Of a stretch of 64,000 bases of DNA, positions 55,100-64,000 are shown one piece after another (the stretch's first letter is position 1; each line of letters opens with the position of its first letter). The notes under the pieces were generated by a model. The model was not told the DNA's origin and ran no database searches. It saw only the letters and a program-made list of their open reading frames with translations. The position numbers were made by a program, and so were the translations under genes. Source of the stretch: a virus (lineage: Duplodnaviria > Caudoviricetes); the IMG/VR virus record IMGVR_UViG_3300011868_000001, positions 96,001 through 160,000 of that record. The stretch is one strand, 5' to 3'.

Positions 55100-56776
55100 T
55101 CAGTTACTCTGCTCGACAGCCAGACCGGTCACACCCAGCTGAAGCTGAGCGTTTGCGGTTTCACGAATCCACCGGATGTAGATGGTTTCACCCACGTTAA
55201 CATCATTGAAGATCGGGAATTCTTGTTTCCACTGAGACAGCGCGAAGGGGTATTCACGAGTCTTGGTGTGGATGATGAAGTGAGTCGGCTCAGGAGCCCG
55301 GACTTCACTGGTGTCATCGAACAGATGGTTGAGAGGGTAGTACAGTTTGTTGAGCCAGTCGCCTACATCAGCTGCCCCTACATCCAGCTTCAGGCCAGAC
55401 AGGTTGGTGTTGATGAAACGGTTCTTGGCCACCACGCCTGCACCAAAGAATTTAGCTTGTGCCGGGTCACACTTGACCTGCCACTTATCGCCATTCTCGT
55501 TACCGGCTTTGTTCAGGGCGATTTCAACCGCCTGAGTGAAACGGTGTGCACTGAAGATTGGGTCGACGTTGCTCAGCAACACGCCAAACTTCAGACGCTG
55601 ACGGGATATGAAGTCCAATCCGTCAAAGGCCACTTCATTGTCTGGAATCTCCACCACCGAGCGAGGCACTCGATAATAGACATCCCGATCGATGTTGAAG
55701 AGCCAGAAATCCAGGTCGTAGCGACCCGCTGGAGAGTTCCAGGTCGGGAAGGCGTACAGACGCACACTATAAGCATGGTCTGCCGCGACGGCCTTGATGG
55801 TAAAGGCTTCGGTGATATAACCGTTTTCGGTGATACCATGCTCAAGCGAATACTCATCTTCACTCAGTCGGTAGCTCAGGGTGAGCTTGTGGGGATGTGA
55901 CTGAATGGTCGGCGAATACCAGCGCAGGCCGTGCAGGCTCATCTTGCCGGTACCGTCCATGACGATGGGCACTTCCATTTCTTCACCGGTGTTATAGCGC
56001 ACGACCCCGATCAGGGTGATGGTACGCACATCGATGTTGATTGGCACGACCAGCTGACTCGGATCGGCATCCGATACATACGGGCTCTTGATCCCGATGC
56101 TGCGGATCTGCTTGCGACCGGCGGCAGTGCGACGCACCAGCGAGGTGTTTTCCACCAGCATGGTCGAGTGACTGAGCTTGTGACCAACGGCATTATACAG
56201 CACAACCGTGACCACCTCACCATTGTTCAACCGGCGATTGGTATTGCCTGCTTTAGGCGCCCAGATCGCGAAGTTGTTGATGTTGTCGTTGCCGACATGC
56301 TCAAGCGGAATGTTCTCGCCAATGAACTCGCCCGACGGACTGTAATACGCGCTGACCACGATACCGTTGTCAGTGATGTCCGTACCCAAGAACACCTTGT
56401 AGTGATCGGCATCGGAACGATACAGGTGCAGGCGGCCGTCAATCTGCATCGAGAACGGCATTTGCCGAGTGTCGATATACACCCGCCAGCTTTCGCTCTG
56501 CATGCCACTGCCTACACCAAGCAGCTGGTCGATGACGACATTGTTTTGCGTCACGGCCGGTAGCGTCCAAGGAATGTACTTAGACAGTCCTGTGGTGATG
56601 TCGATGGTGGTCACCAGATACCAACCTGAGGTCAGGTCGAGGATCAGGTCATTGACGTTCGGGCAATGCAGACCAGTGCCTGGCTTGCCGGTGAAGATCT
56701 GGTTCATGAACCAGATGCGTTGTTCGCGATCCAGATCGACAATGCCAATCTGGGGGATATCGGAAACTGTACTCAT
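55100..56776 (-). CDS. virion structural protein (phiKZ gp26-like position)
   Basis: 558 aa, beta-rich; synteny between terminase and sheath. Confidence 0.65.
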   Translation of the reverse strand: MSTVSDIPQIGIVDLDREQRIWFMNQIFTGKPGTGLHCPNVNDLILDLTSGWYLVTTIDITTGLSKYIPWTLPAVTQNNVVIDQLLGVGSGMQSESWRVYIDTRQMPFSMQIDGRLHLYRSDADHYKVFLGTDITDNGIVVSAYYSPSGEFIGENIPLEHVGNDNINNFAIWAPKAGNTNRRLNNGEVVTVVLYNAVGHKLSHSTMLVENTSLVRRTAAGRKQIRSIGIKSPYVSDADPSQLVVPINIDVRTITLIGVVRYNTGEEMEVPIVMDGTGKMSLHGLRWYSPTIQSHPHKLTLSYRLSEDEYSLEHGITENGYITEAFTIKAVAADHAYSVRLYAFPTWNSPAGRYDLDFWLFNIDRDVYYRVPRSVVEIPDNEVAFDGLDFISRQRLKFGVLLSNVDPIFSAHRFTQAVEIALNKAGNENGDKWQVKCDPAQAKFFGAGVVAKNRFINTNLSGLKLDVGAADVGDWLNKLYYPLNHLFDDTSEVRAPEPTHFIIHTKTREYPFALSQWKQEFPIFNDVNVGETIYIRWIRETANAQLQLGVTGLAVEQSN

Positions 56777-56819
56777 TTATTCAATCACGGGGGTGGTTAC
56801 CCCCGTGCTCCTGAGGCAA

Positions 56820-59387
56820 TTAAATGGGCAGGTGGTCGATGACGATGGAATGGGTGATATCGATCTTGTCGTTGAGCATGACTCGAATGACACGCGCGAT
56901 AAAGTTGTACTGGTAAATGGTCAGTGCATACGGGATGTTGCGCTCATGAGCATCAATCAGTACGTACCGCTCATCCAGCCCCATCATGGTAGGCTCGTAT
57001 TTGAGCAGCCACAGGTAAGGTTCGCACCATTTGCGCACGTCGACATCGCTGTAGTATTCCTGCAGCGGTGTTTGATCGAAATAGCCGTTGATGAGATCGT
57101 GCATGATCTTGCCAACAAACGGACTATACAAGGCATGGCGCCTTGGGATCAGGTTGACCTCTTGAGCCGGAATCTCTCCCAGTCGGTCAGTCATGTAATC
57201 TTCGATCTGTAAGTCTGTCGCCTCGGCCTTATTGCGCAGGCTGTAGGCATCTTCATGCGTGACGCCCCGCAAGGGAATCAGCGGCTCAGTGACTTGATAG
57301 GGTGCACCATTGCGCACGTTCGACAGCAGAACATCAGGACGGTCTTCCGCCCAATTGAGTTCGCTGCGACAGAACACACGACCGTCGGCAATCACTCGGA
57401 TGACTTTATCATCACGCAGATTCCAGCGGTTGTTGCGACTGAGCAGCCCATTTTCTACAAACCCGTATTCGGCTTCCTTGACACGGGACATATCTGGGTT
57501 GCAGAAACCCGTCGCCCGAATGGTGACGATGTTGTTGGTCCCTGCCTGATTGCGCCACTGCTTATTGATGATGCAAATCTCTTTACCGACCTGTACCCAA
57601 TCGAGTTTCTCAATCAGCGGACGTCCATTTAGCCAGATTTCCAACAGGCCGCTCGGAATCTCAACCAGACCGTTGTACAACACACCGTCGATCCGCAGTT
57701 CCTTGACGTTCAGGCTAAAACGCAGCAGCTTATCGTCGTAGTCCAGTTCCAGGTTATAGGTCAGGAACGTATCGTCGAGCTTGATGGCGGTGTAGTAGTT
57801 GATCGGGTTGACCTTCCACATGACCATGCCATCGACCACGTCGTAGTAACTGGCATCGCCTGTCACATCACGCCAATCGCCCGTGGGTTTACCGGCTTGG
57901 ATCGGAGAGACGTAGCACCGGTAGTTGAGCTTTGCCGGCGGGGCATAGTTGCGCGCATACACCGTGGACTGTACCTCCGACCCACGTCCAACGATACCTT
58001 CGATGTACCGGCAGCTTGCATGACGAGGGATGTACCACTGGGAGTTGACGTTAAGGTACCATCCAAGCAACACCCCTTGAGCATTGTATTCGTAGATGGT
58101 CGATTCCCCGCGCAGACCAAACGGCAGCGAAACCCATTCCTTGCTCTGCTCCACTTTCTGAGGCGTGTCAGCCAAGATACGCGTGATTGCGTTATAGCCA
58201 TAGGCTGACTCGACCATCTGCCGAGTGATGGTTCCTGCTTTGGCTCGCATCAAAGCGGTGTAAGCCGATTTCTCCAGCTCCTCAATCCGCCAGACATCTA
58301 CCACCGCCTCAGAACCCATGATGGCTGCGTAGAAGTTGTCCCTGCCGAGTTTATACAGCTCTTTAAGGTGATGTGCCTCATCGGTCAGGTCTTTATCCAT
58401 CCCCGAGCGGCGCTGCACCAGCTGTACGGTCAGTTGGTTATTGGTCGCCCAGCCTGGATTCAGGGAACAGAAGCGATCAATGAACGCCACTGGAACCGAA
58501 TAGTCCTGATGCGTCACCATGCGAAGCGAGTCTTCCTGGTTCTTATGGAAGTACACCCCCTTCTGAATAAATGGCGTGCGCTTGTACATCAGAAAGAGGT
58601 CTTGATCATCGCGGTAGCGGATCAGGTTATCACTGGCCCGCGGTGGGTGAAGAAGATACTTCTGCTTCTGATCCAGCTCGGAAAGAAAGACAGGCAGGTC
58701 TTTGACCTCAAACTCTACCACCCGTTCAACCGAACTGTCACGCACCATCTCCACCCTATCGTTTCGAACGACAGTAGCCGTGGTGATGTCGTTGACCCGC
58801 CAGCCATTCACGTAGCAGAACACATAACCCGAGCGCTCCTGCATCTGCCGCAGCTTGAACGTCAGGGCGTTGATCTGCGATGTATTTGCCGGAACACTGT
58901 AGTTGTACTCGATGCCTTCGTGAACATCATGCTGCTCTTCGCGGTTGAAGAACTCATTGCTGTAGAAGCGGAAGTACAGGTCTTCCTCACCAAACCCTCC
59001 AATAGAAGGCAGGTGCTCAACCGCCACCACGATGTTGCCATCCTCGGTCATGAGGAAGTATGCCAGTTGCCGGGGAACCATCAGGCCGCGTTCACTGTAG
59101 ATGTCGATCAGCATGCTGGTGTCGACCATCTGACTGCTGGCGCTGGTCCAGACATTCTTCTTCAGCTCAAGGCCCAGGTTGCTCTGGGCGATGTTGCCAA
59201 ACTGGAACACGTGATAGCGAACACCTGCGGTTGGCAGGTTGTACGTATTCCACAGAACAGGGATACTTCCACGAGCCCCGACTTTAGGGCTGATGCGTGC
59301 AGGTCGCAGGATGTGCTGCCGGTCTTGCTCTGGCGCACACCAGACATGCTGGTACGCATGGTTGATCAAAAAATCATCGGAGGTCAT
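56820..59387 (-). CDS. virion structural protein (phiKZ gp27-like position)
   Basis: 855 aa; synteny. Confidence 0.65.
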   Translation of the reverse strand: MTSDDFLINHAYQHVWCAPEQDRQHILRPARISPKVGARGSIPVLWNTYNLPTAGVRYHVFQFGNIAQSNLGLELKKNVWTSASSQMVDTSMLIDIYSERGLMVPRQLAYFLMTEDGNIVVAVEHLPSIGGFGEEDLYFRFYSNEFFNREEQHDVHEGIEYNYSVPANTSQINALTFKLRQMQERSGYVFCYVNGWRVNDITTATVVRNDRVEMVRDSSVERVVEFEVKDLPVFLSELDQKQKYLLHPPRASDNLIRYRDDQDLFLMYKRTPFIQKGVYFHKNQEDSLRMVTHQDYSVPVAFIDRFCSLNPGWATNNQLTVQLVQRRSGMDKDLTDEAHHLKELYKLGRDNFYAAIMGSEAVVDVWRIEELEKSAYTALMRAKAGTITRQMVESAYGYNAITRILADTPQKVEQSKEWVSLPFGLRGESTIYEYNAQGVLLGWYLNVNSQWYIPRHASCRYIEGIVGRGSEVQSTVYARNYAPPAKLNYRCYVSPIQAGKPTGDWRDVTGDASYYDVVDGMVMWKVNPINYYTAIKLDDTFLTYNLELDYDDKLLRFSLNVKELRIDGVLYNGLVEIPSGLLEIWLNGRPLIEKLDWVQVGKEICIINKQWRNQAGTNNIVTIRATGFCNPDMSRVKEAEYGFVENGLLSRNNRWNLRDDKVIRVIADGRVFCRSELNWAEDRPDVLLSNVRNGAPYQVTEPLIPLRGVTHEDAYSLRNKAEATDLQIEDYMTDRLGEIPAQEVNLIPRRHALYSPFVGKIMHDLINGYFDQTPLQEYYSDVDVRKWCEPYLWLLKYEPTMMGLDERYVLIDAHERNIPYALTIYQYNFIARVIRVMLNDKIDITHSIVIDHLPI

Positions 59388-59402
59388 GAAATCACCTATT
59401 GA

Positions 59403-60338
59403 TTAACGGGTTTTGCCTTTAGCCATGCCCGCCAGTACTTCCATCGAGCGGATGAATTCATCCCCCGTCCGACCTACGCTCAGGCGTTCAACCAACTTAC
59501 CCAGATGGGTCTTGCGCCACACCTTGGCGTTACAGGCTGCTTCCACCAGGGCCAGGAATGCCGGCGGATATTCGAGGGCTACGGCCGAGATTTCCTGCGC
59601 ACCATAGCCGAACCAAGAACGGCCCAAGGCCATGACCAGGAAGCCGACATTGATCTGACTGACGCGGGTGTTGTGCGCAAAGTAGGTCTGCACACCCTTG
59701 ACGTAGTCGTCGAGCAGGTTCATGTACGGCAACTGGCCAACGATCCCTTCAATAAGCTGAAGGGGATGACGCGTCCAACGCTGAATCAGTTTCATCAGCT
59801 TGGCTTTGCCTTGTTCGCTCAGGCATTCTTCGGCAGTGAAGAACTGTTGCGCGTAGTAGAGTCCAGTAATGATCTGAAGCTCTCTTGCCACTTCAAGGTC
59901 AAGACCCAGCTTGGAGGCGATCGAATGACTGACCCAGGAGATGTAAACCTGCGCAGCCAGATCACCAACACGCAAGAAGTCCTCACGCATTTGGGGGTGT
60001 TTAACCCAAAGTGCAGTCAGGTCGCCGATCCGACAGAAGAAGTCAGATTGCATCTGGTTGACGACGACGAAACCTGCATCATTGCGGTTATCACGGCGCA
60101 TGAAAGACCGGCCGTCCATGAACACAGCACCCCAGTCACTCAGACGGCGATCGGCGTATTCAACATGGGTGATAGGCATCACGAAGGCAGGTACTTTCTC
60201 GGCGGTCGGAGTGACCATCATCACCGATTCACTTTCTGCAATCAGTCCACCCAGAGCTTTGGCGATCGCCAGTTCACTGACGATTTGAGCGATCGGATGG
60301 CGACGCAGCACTGTGGATTTCCAAGGACTGTCAATCAT
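59403..60338 (-). CDS. virion-associated protein (phiKZ gp28-like position)
   Basis: 311 aa, divergent from the sheath gene; synteny. Confidence 0.6.
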   Translation of the reverse strand: MIDSPWKSTVLRRHPIAQIVSELAIAKALGGLIAESESVMMVTPTAEKVPAFVMPITHVEYADRRLSDWGAVFMDGRSFMRRDNRNDAGFVVVNQMQSDFFCRIGDLTALWVKHPQMREDFLRVGDLAAQVYISWVSHSIASKLGLDLEVARELQIITGLYYAQQFFTAEECLSEQGKAKLMKLIQRWTRHPLQLIEGIVGQLPYMNLLDDYVKGVQTYFAHNTRVSQINVGFLVMALGRSWFGYGAQEISAVALEYPPAFLALVEAACNAKVWRKTHLGKLVERLSVGRTGDEFIRSMEVLAGMAKGKTR

Positions 60339-60501
60339 TTTTTGTAACCTCTGTCAGTGCACCTAGTAAAAAAATACAAAATAGTATGTGGTGGTGGTAT
60401 CGATCACATCGAGTACCGAATCCTACGTAAATGTAGGCAAGGGCCATACCATTCGTAACTTCACGCGCGAAGTTGATTTATTTCCCATGGGAGACATTAT
60501 A

Positions 60502-62556
60502 ATGTCGTCTGTATCGATGGCTTCGTCTTTGCCGAGAACAGAAGTTCTTGGTTTCAAAGATGTGAGCGGCCAGGGCCAACCGCTGGAGATCGTCAATCTG
60601 CCGATTTTCCTGCCGTTCGCTCCTCTGTTCACCTCTTGGGGTCCTTCGGACACCGCCAACCTGGTAAGCGGCGATGGCTTCAGCACCATTTACGGTGCCG
60701 AGACTTTCAAAGCCGGCTCGAAGTTCCTGAGCCACCAAGCTGCCATGCTTCAGAAAGTTCTTCAGACCGGTGCCATGGGCCTGGTCCGTCGTATGAAGCC
60801 TGCCGGCGCCAAGACCGCCACCCTGCGCATCTGGGCAGACGTTGTGGCTGACAAGATTGACCAGTACGAGCGTAACGTCGACGGTAGCTACAAGCGCACC
60901 AATGGCGAACTCGTCCCGACTGGCGAACAAGTCGATGGTTACCGTGTACGGTTCCATATCGACGAGCCGGGTGAAAACGGCCTGCGTCAAGGCAGCCCGA
61001 CCACCGGCACCCTGGTTTCGGCAGATGGCCGACCTTCGACCATGTATCCGCTGATCGACCTGGAAGCCCGTTTCTTCGGCGAGAAAGGCTCGAACTTCGG
61101 TATCCGTCTGGTTGCCCCGAGCACCAACTCCAGCACCCCGGCCAACGCCGAGCTGGTCGAAAGCCAAGGCGCTTTCCTGTACCGCCTGTCTATTCTGGAG
61201 CGTGCCAACCAGAACAGCACCGGTCAGCCGCTGATGACCATGAACGGCGAACCGTTCGTGGAGTTCAGCCTCAAGAATGGTGTGGTCGATGCAAAGACCA
61301 ACATCAACTACTCGTACGACAAGCGCATCCTCAAGGCGTTCGAGGACAACGATCCGGAAGTGTTCTCCGGTTACGGTCCGCTCAAGACGTTCCACGTCTA
61401 CAGCAAGAACCTCGACGAAATCCTGAAGAAGCTGCTCGTGACTGAAGCCGACTACGGCCTGATCAGCACCGACGTAACTCCGGAACAGTCGATCAACCTG
61501 TTCGGTGGTGCCGACATCAACGGTGTTCCGTACTACTCGATCAAGGTAGAAGGTCCGGCTGCTGGTGGCGTACTGTTCGGCGACTCGGCCACCCATTGGC
61601 TGCTCGGCGGTGCTGACGGCGACGTCACCCCGCAAACGTACGACCAAGCAGTGCGTGATGAGCTGAACGTATTTGGCGAAGGCGAAATCCCTTACGCTGA
61701 TCGCGCCAGCTACCCGATGTCTGCGTTCATCGATACCGGCTTCAGCATGGAAACCAAGCTGCTGATGGCCAACATCATGAGCGTTCGTCCGGATGCCTGG
61801 GTCCTGGCTTCCACTCAAGACGTCCTGGAGCCGCTGAACACCCCAGAAGAAGATTCGAGCATCGGCGCATCGCTGCGCAACGCTCTGGCCCTGGTGCCGG
61901 AATCTGAATTCTACAACACTGGCGCGTGCCGTGCCGTGGTGATGAAGCATGCCGGTGAATACCTCGACTCCGAGTACTCCGGTATCCTGCCGTTCACCGT
62001 GGACTTCGCCGTTAAGGTGGCTGCCTACATGGGTGGCGAGAAGATGCGTTCGGGCTATGCTCCGGACAACGGTTCCTACCGTGTGGTGTCGCGTTTCATC
62101 AACCACAACGCCAAGTTCCGTCACGTCAAGCCGCGCAACACCGACTGGCAGGCGGGCATCAGCTCGGCCGAGCCGTTCGACCATCGCGGTTCGGTGTTCT
62201 TCCCCGGCATCCAAACCGTCTACCACGACAACACGTCGGTTCTCAACTCGTTCTTCCCGATGGCGATCTGCTGCCACCTCAACCGCCTCGGCGAGTTGGC
62301 CTGGCGCATGTTCACCGGCGACAGCCGTCTGACGGCTGGCGAATACGCCGTGAACGTCGACCGCTTCCTGGAAGCGCAGGTCAAGGATCGTTACGACGGT
62401 CGTGCTGACATCACCCCGAGTTCCTACTATACCCCGGCTGACACCCAGCGCGGCTATAGCTGGCACACGGACATCGAAGGCTTGTTCGACGGCATGAAGA
62501 CAGTTGGCGTGCTGACTGTTGTGGCTGGTCGTCGTCCTGGTCAGGAGACTGAATAA
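60502..62556 (+). CDS. contractile tail sheath protein (phiKZ gp29-like)
   Basis: About 684 aa from ATG 60502 with GGAG RBS; LLGGADG, FIDTGF and QTVY..NTSVL; high codon bias; followed by a tube-sized gene. Confidence 0.85.
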   Translation: MSSVSMASSLPRTEVLGFKDVSGQGQPLEIVNLPIFLPFAPLFTSWGPSDTANLVSGDGFSTIYGAETFKAGSKFLSHQAAMLQKVLQTGAMGLVRRMKPAGAKTATLRIWADVVADKIDQYERNVDGSYKRTNGELVPTGEQVDGYRVRFHIDEPGENGLRQGSPTTGTLVSADGRPSTMYPLIDLEARFFGEKGSNFGIRLVAPSTNSSTPANAELVESQGAFLYRLSILERANQNSTGQPLMTMNGEPFVEFSLKNGVVDAKTNINYSYDKRILKAFEDNDPEVFSGYGPLKTFHVYSKNLDEILKKLLVTEADYGLISTDVTPEQSINLFGGADINGVPYYSIKVEGPAAGGVLFGDSATHWLLGGADGDVTPQTYDQAVRDELNVFGEGEIPYADRASYPMSAFIDTGFSMETKLLMANIMSVRPDAWVLASTQDVLEPLNTPEEDSSIGASLRNALALVPESEFYNTGACRAVVMKHAGEYLDSEYSGILPFTVDFAVKVAAYMGGEKMRSGYAPDNGSYRVVSRFINHNAKFRHVKPRNTDWQAGISSAEPFDHRGSVFFPGIQTVYHDNTSVLNSFFPMAICCHLNRLGELAWRMFTGDSRLTAGEYAVNVDRFLEAQVKDRYDGRADITPSSYYTPADTQRGYSWHTDIEGLFDGMKTVGVLTVVAGRRPGQETE

Positions 62557-63422
62557 TGGGCGTCCGTCATCGCGACACTCTCCTGGGCAATGGCCTGGGA
62601 TACGGTGAGTTCAACAACTCGCCGATGGTAAACCTGGCGATTGGTGGGCAGAACGCCTACCAGTCCGACCTGCGTTACTTCCATGCCAACACCGACTACG
62701 TCCGTCGCAACCTGGTCATCAAGGTGTTGCAAGCTCCTCGTGGGTTCCAGCTGCTGGACAACCCGGACAGCTACTACAAGGCCCTCAAAGCCATTGTGGA
62801 AATGCATGCTCAGACCTGGGACGGTTTCAACCGTACCCTGCAGGTCAACAGCGTCGAAGCTCCAGTCTCCGGTGCGGGTGAAGTGCAGCACACCCCGAGC
62901 AACGTGACGCGCACGCGTTCCGATCCTTCGATGACCATCCGTGAAAAGTACGGCCGTCCAGTCCAGCGTTTCCTGGAAGCCTGGATCACCGAACTGATCA
63001 TGGACCCGGATTCGAAGGTACCGGGTATCGCCACGCGCATCAACGCGCCGACCGACCTGCTGCCGGACATGTACTCCATGTCCATCATCGCCTTCGAGCC
63101 GGACCCGACCTTCACCAAGGTCAACTCGGCGTGGCTGATGACCAACATGTACCCGACCACTGCCGGTGACTTCACTGGTCGTCGGGACAAGACTGCAGAC
63201 GGCGAAGAGCTGGTGCTGTCGGTACCGTGGACTGGCCTGCAGCAAGTAGGCATTGCGGTTGATCGTTTCGCTCAGCAACTGCTGGACGCCATGCCGAAGA
63301 CGGGCACCAGCCCGAACCTGAAGCCGGCGTTCATGTCGGGCGTTGAAGAAGACGTCAAGAAGCATGCCGTTGGTTTCACCGAGCAGGTCGCGGAGTTCAA
63401 CCGCACTTTCATCAAGCTCTAA
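62556..63422 (+). CDS. tail tube protein (phiKZ gp30-like)
   Basis: 288 aa coupled to the sheath gene (TAATG); EKYGRP...W...LIMDP and WLMTNMYP tube-like motifs. Confidence 0.8.
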   Translation: MGVRHRDTLLGNGLGYGEFNNSPMVNLAIGGQNAYQSDLRYFHANTDYVRRNLVIKVLQAPRGFQLLDNPDSYYKALKAIVEMHAQTWDGFNRTLQVNSVEAPVSGAGEVQHTPSNVTRTRSDPSMTIREKYGRPVQRFLEAWITELIMDPDSKVPGIATRINAPTDLLPDMYSMSIIAFEPDPTFTKVNSAWLMTNMYPTTAGDFTGRRDKTADGEELVLSVPWTGLQQVGIAVDRFAQQLLDAMPKTGTSPNLKPAFMSGVEEDVKKHAVGFTEQVAEFNRTFIKL

Positions 63423-63449
63423 GCCTGACGAAAGAAAAAAAAGAACAGC

Positions 63450-63486
63450 TAGGAGGGAGCCCAATGGGCTCCCTCCTATGCCGTCT
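63450..63486. terminator. bidirectional hairpin with TATGCCG flank
   Basis: TAGGAGGGAGCCC-AAT-GGGCTCCCTCCTA-TGCCGTC. Confidence 0.7.
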
Positions 63487-63487
63487 G

Positions 63488-64000
63488 TCAGTATTTCAGG
63501 ACGATAGGACGCAACGCATCGCCTGGGACACGAATGTCTCCAAGCTCTTCGATCTTATCATCACGGTGATCGAAGACTGTATAACGTGCTGAAGTCAGGC
63601 GACTTTCACGCTCACGCCGACAAGAATCTGCCAGACGAACGATGAACACACCGTCATAATCATCATAATCACTGATGACGTACGTGCCTCCCATCCCTTC
63701 TACTTTGACGAATTGATTCATCTGCGGAATCCACTCGCGGTTTAACACCGTCGGTTCTGGTTTACGTTCCTCCTCACTGATGCGTTGTGTTTCCCGTACA
63801 CCCGCTCCAAAAGGTCGGTGAGCATTACGTCCACCTCGGAATCGCGCGCCAAGATCTGCGATTCCAGCTTTCTTGCCGAACACGTCCTTGGTAGGATTGT
63901 CGTCGTTCTCTGTTTGGGGTTTCATCTGAATGTTCAGCTTGATCAGCTCGCTGGTAATCCCCTCTTTGTTGATCTGTTCAAACGAGTCATTGTTCAGTAC
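63488..64000 (-). CDS. hypothetical protein, 5' end outside the window
   Basis: The frame of ORF 63488..63925 stays open to 64000 (VLNNDSFEQINKEGITSELIKLNIQ-MKP). Confidence 0.65.
   Translation of the reverse strand, partial: VLNNDSFEQINKEGITSELIKLNIQMKPQTENDDNPTKDVFGKKAGIADLGARFRGGRNAHRPFGAGVRETQRISEEERKPEPTVLNREWIPQMNQFVKVEGMGGTYVISDYDDYDGVFIVRLADSCRRERESRLTSARYTVFDHRDDKIEELGDIRVPGDALRPIVLKY

Noticed and set aside
60478-63464. Long minus-strand ORFs (662 and 307 aa)
   Set aside because: Shadows of the sheath and tube genes.
1-64000. Alternative genetic code or host assignment
   Set aside because: Core genes translate intact with the standard code; the host cannot be determined from this window.

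Overview
This window is a core segment of a nucleus-forming, phiKZ-like jumbo phage (Chimalliviridae-type). Assignments come from visible motifs and from gene order recalled for phiKZ; no database search was run. It encodes chimallin (ChmA), the tubulin PhuZ, a family B DNA polymerase, four subunits of the non-virion RNA polymerase (nvRNAP), one virion RNAP beta-prime subunit, ChmC- and PicA-like nuclear proteins, an SF2 helicase, an SbcD-like nuclease, terminase large subunit, tail sheath and tail tube. Mobile elements are a group I intron with an HNH gene that splits the RNAP catalytic motif (NAD|YDGD), an Ala-initiated class 3 intein with a LAGLIDADG domain in the helicase P-loop, and free-standing HNH and GIY-YIG genes. 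The least explained features are: (1) a non-coding stretch of about 800 nt (about 1065-1900) built from back-to-back stem-closed RNA modules, two of them tRNA-like with a T-arm but no normal anticodon arm; (2) a nine-copy promoter-like motif TCGAA-N13-TACAT ahead of nucleus and transcription genes; (3) a family of hairpins flanked by TATGCCG; (4) a purine/GGA-rich sRNA candidate; (5) a Trp-repeat 972-aa protein; (6) a tandem array of probably paralogous small genes between phuZ and the polymerase; (7) small peptides missed by the ORF track.
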